From the NCBI GenBank assembly GCA_902622985.1, contig CACNSH010000006.1:4312-68311 (forward strand): a stretch of DNA of 64,000 nt, read 5' to 3'. The notes below the pieces were generated by a model. That model saw only the letters and a list, made by a program, of their open reading frames with translations. It did no database searches and was not told the DNA's origin. Below are positions 42,997 through 53,901 of this stretch, piece after piece. The stretch is from an uncultured Pelagibacteraceae bacterium (GTDB taxonomy: Bacteria; Pseudomonadota; Alphaproteobacteria; Pelagibacterales; AG-422-B15). Made by a program: the position numbers and the translations under genes. The number at the start of each line of letters is the position of its first letter. Position 1 is the first letter of the stretch.

Positions 42997-43841
42997 TCAA
43001 AAAGTCTATATTGATAACAGGGGTTTCTTCAGGAATTGGACATGGAACATTAAGCTATTTTGTTAAAAAAGGCTTTCATGTGTATGGAAGTGTTAGAAAT
43101 TCTAAAGATGCAAACAAGTTAAAAAAAATCTTTAGAGAAAACTTTACCCCTTTAATCTTTGATGTGACAAAGGAAGCTCAAGTGAAAAAGGCTGCATCTA
43201 TAGTAAAAAAAGATTTGAAAAACTCAAATCTCCTCGCATTGGTGAACAACGCAGGAGTTGCAATATCTGGCCCTATATTATTACAAAAAGTTAAAGATTT
43301 TGAAAAACAAATTAATATTAATTTAAATGGCGCATTCAGAGTCTTAAAATTTTTTGCACCATTATGTGGTGCGGAAAAAAATAATAATTCAAAAAAGGGT
43401 GTGATATTTAATATTAGTTCAATTTCAGGAAAAATTGGAATGCCTGGAGTTGGAGCTTACACTGCCTCTAAGTTTGGTTTAGAAGGTTTAAGCCACTCTT
43501 TACGAAGAGAACTAATCAGATATGGGGTAGATGTTGTTATTATTGGACCAGGACCAATAAAATCAGAAATTTTTGACAAAATAGATAAGAAGTTTTTAGA
43601 AACTTTAAAAAAATCTGATTATGCTAAAGTGGCTAAGAATATTCCAAAAAGAATGAAAAATGCAAAGAAGATAGCGTTTCCACCTGAGGAGGTTGGAAAA
43701 TTAATTTTTAATGCACTTCATGATCCAAACAGAAAAACACGGTATACTATTACTCCGAATAAATTAATGTATTGGACACTTCCAATGTTAATCACCGACA
43801 GAATGCTAGATAAGATGATTACAAAGCGAAGTGACATTTAA
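42993..43841 (+). CDS. Short-chain dehydrogenase/reductase (classical, YxxxK)
   Basis: ITGVSSGIG, LVNNAG, YTASKF. Confidence 0.9.
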   Translation: MIKKSILITGVSSGIGHGTLSYFVKKGFHVYGSVRNSKDANKLKKIFRENFTPLIFDVTKEAQVKKAASIVKKDLKNSNLLALVNNAGVAISGPILLQKVKDFEKQININLNGAFRVLKFFAPLCGAEKNNNSKKGVIFNISSISGKIGMPGVGAYTASKFGLEGLSHSLRRELIRYGVDVVIIGPGPIKSEIFDKIDKKFLETLKKSDYAKVAKNIPKRMKNAKKIAFPPEEVGKLIFNALHDPNRKTRYTITPNKLMYWTLPMLITDRMLDKMITKRSDI

Positions 43842-43862
43842 AAAAGCCTGTAATAATTTTGT

Positions 43863-44759
43863 ATGAAATTAGACTTAATCACCGGCGGCGACTCAAAATA
43901 TTTTGATCTAATCAATGAGCTTTGCGAGTCGGTTAACAAATTAGGTGATAAAGATATAAAGATTTCAGTTTTAGATGGCGGATTATCATCGGAACAAGTG
44001 AATATTTTTCGTTCAAAAAAAATTGATGTTATTGATCCTGGATGGCCAGATACTAAAACAGAGGCGCGGGCAGGTAATAAAAAATTTTTAAAAGTGGAGC
44101 TTGCTAAAGCTAATTTGGATAAGCTTTTTCCAAATGCCGAATATTTATTCTGGGTAGATGCAGACGCGTGGTTTCAAAACAATACTGCATTGGATATTGT
44201 ACGTATTGTTATAAAGAAAAATAAACTTGCAATTGTATCTCAAGCTTCAAGACTTCAGAGTCATCATATGAGTGTGAAAAAAATTTTTGGACCTCTGTAT
44301 CTTTTGAAGAATATTTTATACAAAAATGCGAGTAAGGCTAAACTGCCCAGCAAAATATCAAACAAATTAATTTGTAGGCCTACTCTCAATGCTGGAATAT
44401 TTGCAATTGCAAAAGATGCCCCACATTGGGAAAGGCTGAGATATTGGCAAAAATTCTTAATTAATAATAAAAGAATAAGATTGTTTACCACAACGCAATT
44501 AGCACTAGGTATTATTTCATACCACGAAGAACTTGCATACGAGGCTTTGCCAGAAATATGCAACTACATGGGTCCTTATAGATGGTCTACTGATTTAAAT
44601 TTATTTATTGATTATTATGCTCCATATGAAGCTGTAAGTATTATTCATATGGTTGCACAGGATAAAATGCGAGATAATAAAAAACATAAGATAACAATTT
44701 TAGACGAAAAAGATAATTTTATTCAAAAATCTTTAAGGTATTCTGAAAACATTAATTAG
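43863..44759 (+). CDS. Hypothetical protein, probable GT-A fold glycosyltransferase (GT8-like)
   Basis: ITGGDSKYF, VLDGGLS, FWVDADAW (DxD), LNAGIF, IIHM. The family call is inference. Confidence 0.55.
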   Translation: MKLDLITGGDSKYFDLINELCESVNKLGDKDIKISVLDGGLSSEQVNIFRSKKIDVIDPGWPDTKTEARAGNKKFLKVELAKANLDKLFPNAEYLFWVDADAWFQNNTALDIVRIVIKKNKLAIVSQASRLQSHHMSVKKIFGPLYLLKNILYKNASKAKLPSKISNKLICRPTLNAGIFAIAKDAPHWERLRYWQKFLINNKRIRLFTTTQLALGIISYHEELAYEALPEICNYMGPYRWSTDLNLFIDYYAPYEAVSIIHMVAQDKMRDNKKHKITILDEKDNFIQKSLRYSENIN

Positions 44760-45762
44760 GTTCTTCACTAATTTGAACTATTAACTTACCTTCATTTTCG
44801 CCAGAAAATAATTTTCTTATTGCCTCTCCTGCATTCTCAATGCCTGGTATAATATGATTTTTATATTTAATTTTATCATCTTTAAGCCATTGAGTTATAT
44901 CTTGGTAAGCTTCCATATATCGCTTGAAGTAATCAAATACTATGAACCCTTTGAGTTTAATTCTTTTTATTAATAAATTTCCCCATGCAGGTCCTGGGAC
45001 AATAGACTCAGCGTTATATCCTGAGATTAAGCCACAGAGACTAATTCTACCATTAATATTCATTCGAGTTAAAACCGCCTCAGTAATACTGCCGCCTACA
45101 TTTTCGAAATATATATCTATTCCATCCGGACAACTTTCTTTTAGTCTTTGCCTAACATTTTCAGATTTATAATTAATTGCAGAGTCAATGCCTAATTCAT
45201 CGACTAGCCATTTACATTTCGTATCTGAGCCAGCAATGCCCACTACCTTGCAACCTTTGATTTTTCCTATTTGACACACAATTGATCCAACAGCACCTGC
45301 TGCTGCAGACACAACTAGAGTTTCTCCAGGCTGTGGATCGGTAATGTCTAGTAATCCAAAATATGCCGTAAGACCAGTCATTCCTAAAACGCTCATATAA
45401 CTATCAAGTGGAAAGCCGGTACCTAGAGGAATTTGCCTTACACCTTTACCGTCACTTACACAAAATTGCTGCCAGCCGCCCATACAGTTTACAATTTCTC
45501 CTTTTTTGAATTTTTCATTTTTACTTTCTTCAATTATACCGATTGTACCGCCCCTCATAATATCGCCAGTCTGCATTGCATCCACATAGGATTTTTGTCC
45601 ACTCATCCATCCCCGGTTTGCAGGATCTAGAGAAAGATATATGTTTCTAATTAAAATTTGATTATCTGAGAGACTGGCTACTTCATTTTCCTCCAAAACT
45701 AAGTCCCCTTCACTTATTTCACCAACTGGAAATTTTTTTAAAATCCATTGTTTATTTTTCAT
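44752..45762 (-). CDS. NADP-dependent oxidoreductase (prostaglandin reductase/CurA-like MDR)
   Basis: YLSLDPANRGWM, LGMTGLTAYFGL, VSAAAGAVGS, YFENVGG; GGAG RBS precedes ATG 45762. Confidence 0.9.
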   Translation of the reverse strand: MKNKQWILKKFPVGEISEGDLVLEENEVASLSDNQILIRNIYLSLDPANRGWMSGQKSYVDAMQTGDIMRGGTIGIIEESKNEKFKKGEIVNCMGGWQQFCVSDGKGVRQIPLGTGFPLDSYMSVLGMTGLTAYFGLLDITDPQPGETLVVSAAAGAVGSIVCQIGKIKGCKVVGIAGSDTKCKWLVDELGIDSAINYKSENVRQRLKESCPDGIDIYFENVGGSITEAVLTRMNINGRISLCGLISGYNAESIVPGPAWGNLLIKRIKLKGFIVFDYFKRYMEAYQDITQWLKDDKIKYKNHIIPGIENAGEAIRKLFSGENEGKLIVQISEEPN

Positions 45763-46213
45763 TATTATCTCCAATCATTTTTTTAAAATTCACCTGAGGC
45801 ATATCAACACTTACACAAGTTGATGTTGCGGTAACAACAGTCCTATTGTTTTGCTCCAATCTGCCTTCCAAGAATACAATATTTTTTCCAGATTTCACCA
45901 CTCGCCCATATCCAATAACTTTCCCCGGTTTAGTTGGATACAAAAAATTTGTTTTCAGTTCTATTGTTGGCGGTCTTTTTTTGAAATGATTTTGAAATAT
46001 AAAAGCCAATGCAGTTGCATCATCTACCATTCCACTAACAATACCACCTTGGACGTCACCTGCAGGATTGCAATATTTTTTATCAATTTCAAACTCAACT
46101 TTGATATTGCCAACTGTGGTATCAACTTCAAGAACAGTCATATTAAAAAGATCGAATAATTTATTCTTATTAAACAGCTTGATGAGTTCAGCATCTGAGA
46201 TTTTTTCAGTCAT
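45752..46213 (-). CDS. PaaI-family thioesterase
   Basis: NPAGDVQGGIVSGMVDD and TIELKTNFL (hotdog fold). Confidence 0.85.
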   Translation of the reverse strand: MTEKISDAELIKLFNKNKLFDLFNMTVLEVDTTVGNIKVEFEIDKKYCNPAGDVQGGIVSGMVDDATALAFIFQNHFKKRPPTIELKTNFLYPTKPGKVIGYGRVVKSGKNIVFLEGRLEQNNRTVVTATSTCVSVDMPQVNFKKMIGDNNEK

Positions 46214-46218
46214 ATTGA

Positions 46219-46608
46219 TTATTCGTTTTCAGGTTTTTCAGGAAATACCATTGGTCCCAATGGTCTTCCCGCGAGTAAATGAAAGTGTAAGTGAGGTACT
46301 TCTTGATGCGCATCCTTACCGGCATTTGCGATGAGCCTGTATCCTCCTCCTCCAGCTTTTTCACTTATACCCAACATATCTGCTACGTTTGAAATAGCCC
46401 GGTTGAAACCAACTATTTCTTCATCCGAAGCATTTGCACTAAAATCATTTATGTTTATGTATTCCCCTTTTGGAATTACTAAGGCATGTGAAGGTGCTTG
46501 AGGACGAATGTCTTTGAATGACAGGACATATTCATCCTCATAAATTTTATCACAAGGGATTTCACCTCTTAAAATTTTAGCAAAAATATTTTCCTTATCG
46601 TATGACAT
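46219..46608 (-). CDS. Histidine triad (HIT) nucleotide-binding protein
   Basis: NIFAKILRGEIP and QEVPHLHFHL. Confidence 0.93.
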   Translation of the reverse strand: MSYDKENIFAKILRGEIPCDKIYEDEYVLSFKDIRPQAPSHALVIPKGEYININDFSANASDEEIVGFNRAISNVADMLGISEKAGGGGYRLIANAGKDAHQEVPHLHFHLLAGRPLGPMVFPEKPENE

Positions 46609-46919
46609 TAATCTCTAAGTCCTGTTTTACCCTCTCTTTTTTCTAGCTCTTCATAAACTTGATCGGGAGTAATATCAAATTTTTTTAACATAACTAACAA
46701 ATGATAAATAAGATCCGCCGACTCATAAATTATCTGCTCTATATTCTCTTGTTCAGCAGCCTCCACAGTTTCAAGTGACTCCTCTTTAAACTTTTCTATA
46801 CATTTCCTTTTACCTTCCGATATAAGTTTTGCAGTATAGGATTTTGAAGGGTCTTCATTAGCACGTGATATAATTGTATTAAAGAGCCGAGCTAGAACAT
46901 CAACTTTTTTACTGCTCAT
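46608..46919 (-). CDS. hisE: Phosphoribosyl-ATP pyrophosphatase
   Basis: SYTAKL, KFKEESLE, ESADLIYHLLV. Confidence 0.93.
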   Translation of the reverse strand: MSSKKVDVLARLFNTIISRANEDPSKSYTAKLISEGKRKCIEKFKEESLETVEAAEQENIEQIIYESADLIYHLLVMLKKFDITPDQVYEELEKREGKTGLRD

Positions 46920-47203
46920 TCTACTCCCTCAACAATTGCAAAAATTCTATCCTTTTCGTCACCCAAGATTTTTTTTGCGTTTTGATACTCTTCTGAGTTA
47001 TAAGCCTGTTTAGCTATTTCAATTGACTCATACTCAACTATGACGTTTCTTTTAAACTCTTTACCTTCCATAGTTGTTTGTTCGCCACCCCGTACTAAAA
47101 ATTTACCATTGTATTTTTTAACCGCCTCAGTTGCATACTCTGCATACAATTTTTGCTTGTCCGGATGTAACACATTGACTTTTACTACCCAATAACCTTT
47201 CAT
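46916..47203 (-). CDS. DUF1330 family protein
   Basis: MKGYWV, YNGKFLVRGG, YNSEEYQ, IVEG. Confidence 0.85.
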   Translation of the reverse strand: MKGYWVVKVNVLHPDKQKLYAEYATEAVKKYNGKFLVRGGEQTTMEGKEFKRNVIVEYESIEIAKQAYNSEEYQNAKKILGDEKDRIFAIVEGVE

Positions 47204-47205
47204 AA

Positions 47206-47964
47206 TTAAATCCTAACTGCAATATTTTGTTCAGCAAGATATGTTTTTACATCTTTAATACTATATTCTCCGAAATGAAAAATAGAAGCAGCTAATAGAG
47301 CGCTAGCTCCCCCCTTTAATACCCCTTCAACAAAGTGCTCAAGGTTTCCAACGCCACCTGAAGCAATAACAGGAATATCAATAGAGGATGAGACAGTACT
47401 CAATAATTCATTATCAAATCCTATTTTTGTCCCATCTCTGTCCATTGAAGTTAATAATATCTCACCAGCTCCTAAATTAGCTACTTCAATACAATATTCC
47501 AATGCATCAATATCTGTGGGCTTTCTTCCACCATGGGTAAATATATTCCAACTTTTATCTCCATTTTTTTTTGCATCTACTGCTATAACTATTGTTGAGG
47601 AACCATATTTCTTTGCTGCTATTGCAACCAGGTCAATGTTTTCAACTGCAGCTGTATTTATAGACACTTTATCTGCTCCGTGGTGAAGCAAACGAGATAT
47701 ATCATCAATGGTCCTGACACCTCCACCTACAGTGAGTGGTATGAAACAATTTTCAGCAGTTTTTTTTACAACTTCAAAGAGGGTTTCTCTATCGTCACTT
47801 GATGCAGTTATATCTAGAAAGCAAAGTTCATCAGCTCCCTCAGAATTATAGATTTTTGCTTGTTCAACAGGATCTCCAGCATCAATTAAGTCAACAAAAT
47901 TGACGCCTTTGACAACTCTCCCTCGATCAACATCTAAACAGGGTATGATTCTTTTTTTTAGCAT
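47206..47964 (-). CDS. hisF: Imidazole glycerol phosphate synthase subunit HisF
   Basis: [32 protein letters not shown]. Confidence 0.97.
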   Translation of the reverse strand: MLKKRIIPCLDVDRGRVVKGVNFVDLIDAGDPVEQAKIYNSEGADELCFLDITASSDDRETLFEVVKKTAENCFIPLTVGGGVRTIDDISRLLHHGADKVSINTAAVENIDLVAIAAKKYGSSTIVIAVDAKKNGDKSWNIFTHGGRKPTDIDALEYCIEVANLGAGEILLTSMDRDGTKIGFDNELLSTVSSSIDIPVIASGGVGNLEHFVEGVLKGGASALLAASIFHFGEYSIKDVKTYLAEQNIAVRI

Positions 47965-47965
47965 T

Positions 47966-48688
47966 CTATCTAACTATCTTTAATGCCTCAACAATATCAA
48001 TATTTTTGTCATAAATTGCTTTACCTACAATTACACCTTTTATTTGTGAGTAATTTTTTTTCTTTAGGTTAATAAGGTCCGAAATATTTGATACCCCGCC
48101 TGATGCAACACAGTCAATTTTTGTTTGAACCATTACATTTTCTAGCATTTCAAAGTTAATTCCTTGCTTCATACCATCCCTCATAACGTCAGTAATTATT
48201 ATTGAGTTGATATTAAGATCTTCTATACTTTTTAAAAAATCAGAAATTTGTAAATCTTTTACCTCTTTCCAACCTTTTGTAGCAATTTGGTTTTGCTTTA
48301 TGTCGAGAGCAATAGAAATTCTATTAGGATAACTGCAAACTGATTTTTCAAAAAAAGTTTTATTTTCAAACGCTGATGTTCCGATAATAACATTATTAAC
48401 ACCAATATTAATGAGTCTTTCAACTCTTTCTATATTTCTTACTCCGCCACCGAACTGAATCTTAAGATTTGTATTTTTTTTTATTTGCTCAATAGATTTA
48501 ATATTTTCAAAATTGCCCTTAAGCGCACCATCTAGATCAACGCAATGCAAATATTCCACTCCAGAGTCTTCAAAAATTTTAGCCTGTTCTAACGGTGACT
48601 CGTTGTATGTTGTAGATTGTTTAAAATCACCTTGTATTAATCTTACACATTTACCGTCTTTTAAATCAATTGCTGGAAATAAAATCAT
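47966..48688 (-). CDS. hisA: ProFAR isomerase HisA
   Basis: [33 protein letters not shown] 48688 overlaps the hisH stop (ATGA). Confidence 0.95.
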   Translation of the reverse strand: MILFPAIDLKDGKCVRLIQGDFKQSTTYNESPLEQAKIFEDSGVEYLHCVDLDGALKGNFENIKSIEQIKKNTNLKIQFGGGVRNIERVERLINIGVNNVIIGTSAFENKTFFEKSVCSYPNRISIALDIKQNQIATKGWKEVKDLQISDFLKSIEDLNINSIIITDVMRDGMKQGINFEMLENVMVQTKIDCVASGGVSNISDLINLKKKNYSQIKGVIVGKAIYDKNIDIVEALKIVR

Positions 48689-49323
48689 GAAGGTTCCCAC
48701 TCGAGAAAGTTTGTAATTATTTGTTTTCCGTTATTATGACTTTTTTCTGGATGAAATTGTGTACCATAAATATTCTCCTTGAGCACTGCTGCAGTAATTG
48801 GATTTGGATATTTTGTAGTTGCAATACAATTTTCATTTTTTTGAGTTCTAAAGTAGTAACTGTGCACAAAATAAAAATCAGTATTTTGTGAAATATTATT
48901 CAATAATTCATGATTGCGAAAAGTGACTTCATTCCATCCCATATGTGGAATTTTATAATCAGCTGGAGCCTCGATCTTGATTACTTCTCCGGGTATCCAT
49001 CCAAAGCCCTCACATTCACCAAATTCTAAAGATTTTTCTGCTAGTAATTGCATTCCAACACAAATGCCCATAAAAGCTTTTTTTTCGCCAATTACCACTT
49101 CTTCAAGACTTTCAAATAGGCCTTCTATTTTGTGAATTGCATTCTTACAGTCTTGAAAAGCTCCTACTCCAGGAAGAACTAATTTATCGGCATTTAATAT
49201 TTCAGATGGTGTGTTTGTAACAATAATTTCATATGGGTTTTCTAAGTTATTGTTTACGGCTTCAAATGCCTTGTGTACTGAATGTAAGTTTCCTGAGCCG
49301 TAGTTGATAATTACTAACTTCAT
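48685..49323 (-). CDS. hisH: Imidazole glycerol phosphate synthase subunit HisH
   Basis: YGSGNL, LPGVGAF, GICVGMQ, QFHPEKS. Confidence 0.96.
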   Translation of the reverse strand: MKLVIINYGSGNLHSVHKAFEAVNNNLENPYEIIVTNTPSEILNADKLVLPGVGAFQDCKNAIHKIEGLFESLEEVVIGEKKAFMGICVGMQLLAEKSLEFGECEGFGWIPGEVIKIEAPADYKIPHMGWNEVTFRNHELLNNISQNTDFYFVHSYYFRTQKNENCIATTKYPNPITAAVLKENIYGTQFHPEKSHNNGKQIITNFLEWEPS

Positions 49324-49778
49324 TTATTCATTTGTTTAATAGTATCAATAACTTCCTCTACATGATTATTTACTTTCACTTTTCTCCAAACCTTTACGAC
49401 CTTGCCTTTCATAATAAGAAATGTAGATCTATCTATGCCCTTGTACGTTCTGCCATACATACTTTTTTTAACCCATACACCAAATTTTTCACAGATTTTA
49501 TCACCCTCATCAGAAAGAAGATCAAATTTTAATTTGTATTTTTCAGCAAATTTATTTTGTTTTTGAACGGTATCTTTAGATATACCATAAACTCTTACCT
49601 TTAGATTGTTTAACTTTCGAAGATTGCTTTGGAAATCACAAGACTCTTTTGTACAACCTGGAGTATCCGCTTTAGGATAAAAATAAATTACCGTGTCCTC
49701 TTTTGTAGGAAATTTAACCTCTTCATCTTTTTGATTTTTAAGTTTGAATGAAGGTAGTTTTTGGCCTTCTTTAATCAT
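49320..49778 (-). CDS. bcp: Peroxiredoxin BCP/PrxQ
   Basis: YFYPKADTPGCTKESCDF and RSTFLI. Confidence 0.93.
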   Translation of the reverse strand: MIKEGQKLPSFKLKNQKDEEVKFPTKEDTVIYFYPKADTPGCTKESCDFQSNLRKLNNLKVRVYGISKDTVQKQNKFAEKYKLKFDLLSDEGDKICEKFGVWVKKSMYGRTYKGIDRSTFLIMKGKVVKVWRKVKVNNHVEEVIDTIKQMNK

Positions 49779-49780
49779 TG

Positions 49781-50380
49781 TTAAAGTTGTCCTTTGGTAG
49801 AAGGAATGTTCATTCCCTCTCGCTCGTTAATCGCAACAGCATTTCTTAAACTTCTTGCCAAAGCCTTAAAGCAAGATTCAATTATATGATGGTTGTTTTC
49901 TCCATAAATATTTTCCACATGTAATGTTGTTCCGCTTGCTTGTGCAAAAGCTTGGAACCATTCTTTAAATAATTCAGTATCAAAATCACCTTGAGAAGAT
50001 GTTATCTTTGGAGCATTAAATTTTACTTTCCAAATTAAATAGGGTCTATTTGATAGATCAAGCGCAACTCTTGATAACGTTTCATCCATGGGAATATATG
50101 AGTGCGCATAACGTGTGATACCTTGTCGATTACCTAATGCTTTTGATAAACATTCGCCAATTGCAATGCCTGTATCCTCAGTTGTATGGTGATAATCAAT
50201 GTGGGTATCTCCTGTTGCTTTTATCCTCATATCAATCAGTGAGTGCTTTGACAGTTGTTCAAGCATATGGTCAAGAAATCCTATGCCAGTCTTAATGTCG
50301 TACTTACCTGTTCCGTCGATATTAATATCGACAGAGATAGAGGTTTCACTCGTGTCTCTTTTATACTCTGCTGTTCTCAT
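49781..50380 (-). CDS. hisB: Imidazoleglycerol-phosphate dehydratase
   Basis: [34 protein letters not shown]. Confidence 0.97.
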   Translation of the reverse strand: MRTAEYKRDTSETSISVDINIDGTGKYDIKTGIGFLDHMLEQLSKHSLIDMRIKATGDTHIDYHHTTEDTGIAIGECLSKALGNRQGITRYAHSYIPMDETLSRVALDLSNRPYLIWKVKFNAPKITSSQGDFDTELFKEWFQAFAQASGTTLHVENIYGENNHHIIESCFKALARSLRNAVAINEREGMNIPSTKGQL

Positions 50381-50457
50381 AACAAAATCCAGTCGGTTTC
50401 TATCAATAAATCACTGAATTATCTATAAAAAATGTAATTTTTAATGAAAAGTCAGGG

Positions 50458-50486
50458 CTTGAAGTTAATAAATAAATAGCCACATA
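50458..50486 (+). promoter_or_regulatory. Putative sigma32 promoter of hslVU
   Basis: CTTGAA (50458-50463) and CCACATA (50480-50486), 9 nt before the hslV ATG. Confidence 0.6.
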
Positions 50487-50495
50487 ACACTCAGC

Positions 50496-51047
50496 ATGGA
50501 AAATCAACAAAGTCAATCATGGCATGGCACAACTATTATTAGTGTAAGAAAAGGCAATCAGGTTGTTGTCGCGGGAGACGGACAAGTTAGTCTTGGAAAT
50601 ACAGTCATTAAAGGCACTGCCCAAAAGGTTAGAAAAATAGGTGATGGTGGTGTTATCGCTGGTTTTGCCGGAGCAACTGCAGATGCATTTACTTTATTTG
50701 AAAGACTGGAAGCGAAACTAGAAAAGCATCCTAAACAGCTTACCAGAGCATGTGTTGAACTGGCGAAAGATTGGCGCACCGACAAATATTTAAGGCGTCT
50801 AGAAGCACTTCTTACGGTTGCAGACTCTTCTACATCACTTCTAATTACTGGAATGGGTGATGTGTTAGACCCTGAGGGATCAATTATTGGAATTGGTAGC
50901 GGAGGTAATTATGCACTATCCGCTGCTAAAGCGCTGATTGATACTGATCTTACCGCTGAAGAAATTGCTTTAAAGTCGCTAAAAATTGCTGGCGAAATTT
51001 GTGTTTTCACAAACAGCAATGTTACACTTGAAAAAATTGAGTATTAG
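50496..51047 (+). CDS. hslV: ATP-dependent protease subunit HslV
   Basis: WHGTTI (propeptide then catalytic Thr), AGDGQVS, GSGGNYA. Confidence 0.97.
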   Translation: MENQQSQSWHGTTIISVRKGNQVVVAGDGQVSLGNTVIKGTAQKVRKIGDGGVIAGFAGATADAFTLFERLEAKLEKHPKQLTRACVELAKDWRTDKYLRRLEALLTVADSSTSLLITGMGDVLDPEGSIIGIGSGGNYALSAAKALIDTDLTAEEIALKSLKIAGEICVFTNSNVTLEKIEY

Positions 51048-51050
51048 ATA

Positions 51051-52355
51051 ATGCAAGCGTTTTCACCAAGGGAAATTGTTTCCGAACTTGATAGATATAT
51101 TATTGGCCAAGATGATGCAAAAAAATCTGTAGCCATAGCATTAAGGAATCGCTGGCGACGTCAGCAATTACCAGAGGATATGAGAGAAGAAGTTCTTCCA
51201 AAAAATATTTTAATGATTGGTCCTACTGGAATTGGTAAAACTGAAATTTCTAGAAGACTGTCAAAATTAGCACAAGCACCGTTTATAAAAGTTGAAGCAA
51301 CAAAATTTACAGAAGTTGGGTATGTAGGTAGAGATGTGGAATCAATTGTTCGTGATTTGATTGAAATAGCAATTACAATGGTTCGTGAGATAAAGAGAAA
51401 AGAAGTCAAAGCAAAAGCACAATTAGCTGCTGAAGAACGTGTGTTAGACGCTTTAGTTGGGCCAGGCTCAGGTCCTGCGACACGAGAAAGCTTTAGAAAA
51501 AAACTCAGAAATAACGAACTCAATGAAAAGGAAATCGAAATAGCTGTTCAAGACACTGGATCATTTCCAACTATTGATCTTCAAGGTGGGCAAGGTGCGG
51601 GTATAGGAATGATAAATCTGAACGATATGCTTGGTAAAGCCATGGGACCAAAAACTAAAAAGAAGAAAACAACAGTAGCAGACTCATATGAGATCCTTGT
51701 GAATGAAGAGTCAGATAAGCTAATTGACACTGATCAAATTGTAAATGAGGCAAAAAAAGCGGTAGAAGATAATGGAATTGTATTTATTGATGAGATAGAC
51801 AAAGTATGTGCGAGAAGTGAGAGGGTTGGTGGTGATGTTTCAAGAGAAGGAGTGCAAAGAGACTTGTTGCCATTAATTGAGGGCACAACAGTAAATACAA
51901 AACACGGAACAATTAAAACTGATCATATTCTTTTTATTGCATCTGGGGCATTTCAGCTTTCCAAGCCTTCGGATTTACTGCCAGAGTTACAAGGCAGACT
52001 GCCAATAAGAGTTAATCTCAAGGCACTTTCACAGGATGACTTTAAACGTATTCTAACTGAGCCTAAGTATAGCCTTATCAAACAATATGAGGCACTTATG
52101 GGTACTGAGGATGTTAAAATTAGTTTCAGCGAAGATGGCATCGATGCAATTGCGACACTTGCTGTAGATATAAACTCAACAATTGAGAATATAGGTGCAC
52201 GTCGATTACATACAATTCTTGAGAGGGTACTAGAAGATATTAGTTTTTCTGCGGCTGATAAAAGTGGAGAAAAAATAACAATTGATGCAAACTACGTAAA
52301 AGATAATGTAAATGAATTATCAAAAGATACTGATCTTTCCAAATTTATTCTTTAA
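51051..52355 (+). CDS. hslU: ATP-dependent protease ATPase subunit HslU
   Basis: [38 protein letters not shown]. Confidence 0.98.
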   Translation: MQAFSPREIVSELDRYIIGQDDAKKSVAIALRNRWRRQQLPEDMREEVLPKNILMIGPTGIGKTEISRRLSKLAQAPFIKVEATKFTEVGYVGRDVESIVRDLIEIAITMVREIKRKEVKAKAQLAAEERVLDALVGPGSGPATRESFRKKLRNNELNEKEIEIAVQDTGSFPTIDLQGGQGAGIGMINLNDMLGKAMGPKTKKKKTTVADSYEILVNEESDKLIDTDQIVNEAKKAVEDNGIVFIDEIDKVCARSERVGGDVSREGVQRDLLPLIEGTTVNTKHGTIKTDHILFIASGAFQLSKPSDLLPELQGRLPIRVNLKALSQDDFKRILTEPKYSLIKQYEALMGTEDVKISFSEDGIDAIATLAVDINSTIENIGARRLHTILERVLEDISFSAADKSGEKITIDANYVKDNVNELSKDTDLSKFIL

Positions 52356-52360
52356 TTTGT

Positions 52361-52789
52361 ATGTCATTAAAAAATAAAAAAACTCACTTAAATAAAATAA
52401 AAGTACGTTACTCGGAAGTAGATTGCCAAAGAATAGTCTATAACTCGCATTACTTAACGTATTTTGATGTTTCTTTGAGTGAAATGCTTGAGGATTGTTT
52501 TAATCAAGAAGAGTATATAAAAAATACGAGCAATGATTTTCATACTGTTGGCGTTCAAATGAATTTTAAAAGTCCCGCAAGACTAAATGATCAACTTGAA
52601 GTTTACACAGGCGTACAGAAAGTTGGAAACTCAAGTATGACATTCATACAGGAGATATATAGAGTAGGATCAGACGAAATTTTAAATTCAGCTAATATTA
52701 CTTGGGTCAACACCAACCAAAAAAGTATGAAATCTGCAACTATTCCAGACGATATAAGAACGAAATTGAATAAGTATTTGGTTGATTAA
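52361..52789 (+). CDS. Acyl-CoA thioesterase (YbgC/4HBT family)
   Basis: VRYSEVDCQRIVYNSHYLTYFD, FKSPARLND, VGNSS. Confidence 0.88.
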   Translation: MSLKNKKTHLNKIKVRYSEVDCQRIVYNSHYLTYFDVSLSEMLEDCFNQEEYIKNTSNDFHTVGVQMNFKSPARLNDQLEVYTGVQKVGNSSMTFIQEIYRVGSDEILNSANITWVNTNQKSMKSATIPDDIRTKLNKYLVD

Positions 52790-53400
52790 TCAGAAGTCGC
52801 TGTAAGCAGCCAATTTGAACTTTTTTTATCTTTTATCTTTTCAAATGTCCAAACATCAGTAATTTTTTGAACTTGATTTAAGCTGCCTGAAATAACTTCG
52901 TCCTTACTGTTTTTGATACAAGTGATCATCTCAGATATAAATCTTACAGTCACTTCCATTGGATTTTTCTTTAAATCTTTATGAACGATTTCTGACTTTT
53001 CAATTCCAATAAAATTAAATTCAACTGTTTCATTCTTACTGTTTCTTTCATCAATAACTGATGAAAAACTATTTAGCACATCATCAGAGAGTAAAGACTT
53101 CAGAGCATCTTTGTTGCCATTCTCGAAATTAGTAACGATAGTCTCATAGGCGTTTGCTGCTCCTCGCAAGAAGTCATCGTTATCAAACCAACCATCCTCG
53201 CGCTTACTGGGTGAAGTTTTTGGTTCAATTGGTATTACTTTTTCTTCCTGTGAAGTTTGTGGTGTTTCATAATTATAAGAGGTTTTGTCTGTTTTTTCAT
53301 GACCAGTTCGTCTTCCTAAAACGCTTCTAAGGCGCAGAAGGACAATGCCAGCAATAATTGCTAAAATAAGTATATCTATGTATTGAAACGCTTCACTCAT
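52786..53400 (-). CDS. Tim44/TimA domain protein
   Basis: RLRSVLGRRTGHE, FLRGAANAYE, DVWTF, NWLL. Confidence 0.9.
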   Translation of the reverse strand: MSEAFQYIDILILAIIAGIVLLRLRSVLGRRTGHEKTDKTSYNYETPQTSQEEKVIPIEPKTSPSKREDGWFDNDDFLRGAANAYETIVTNFENGNKDALKSLLSDDVLNSFSSVIDERNSKNETVEFNFIGIEKSEIVHKDLKKNPMEVTVRFISEMITCIKNSKDEVISGSLNQVQKITDVWTFEKIKDKKSSNWLLTATSD

Positions 53401-53466
53401 ATATTTAAATATTATAGAGTCCTTATTTAGGAATTTAAACTAAACTTTCAATATTTACTTTTTATT

Positions 53467-53901
53467 TTGTTTTTTATAGTTATCGCAATTTTTGTACTTA
53501 TTCCAATCATCGAAATTAGCTTATTTATTGAAATTGGGAGCATTATCGGGTCTTTCTATACTATTATGCTTATATTTCTTACAGCCATTGTCGGTGTCTT
53601 TTTTGTCCGCCAACAAGGCATCAGTACTTTTCAGAAATTAGGCTCTCAATTACGAAACCTTGAAGCACCTATTCAAACGATGTTTGAAGGACTTGTTATA
53701 CTTATTGCAGGTATTTTATTAATTACACCAGGTTTTTTTACTGATGCTTTGGGTTTCTTAGGATTAATACCAGTCTCAAGAATAATTTTTATTAAGTTAG
53801 TAGCAAGTTATATGCTTTCTAGATATGGTAATCAAAATAATCAGCATGACTCCACTATTGAGGGTGATTACATTGAAATTGATGATGAGGAAAAAAAGTA
53901 A
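53467..53901 (+). CDS. fxsA: FxsA family membrane protein
   Basis: IPIIEI and LLITPGFFTDALG. Confidence 0.9.
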   Translation: MFFIVIAIFVLIPIIEISLFIEIGSIIGSFYTIMLIFLTAIVGVFFVRQQGISTFQKLGSQLRNLEAPIQTMFEGLVILIAGILLITPGFFTDALGFLGLIPVSRIIFIKLVASYMLSRYGNQNNQHDSTIEGDYIEIDDEEKK

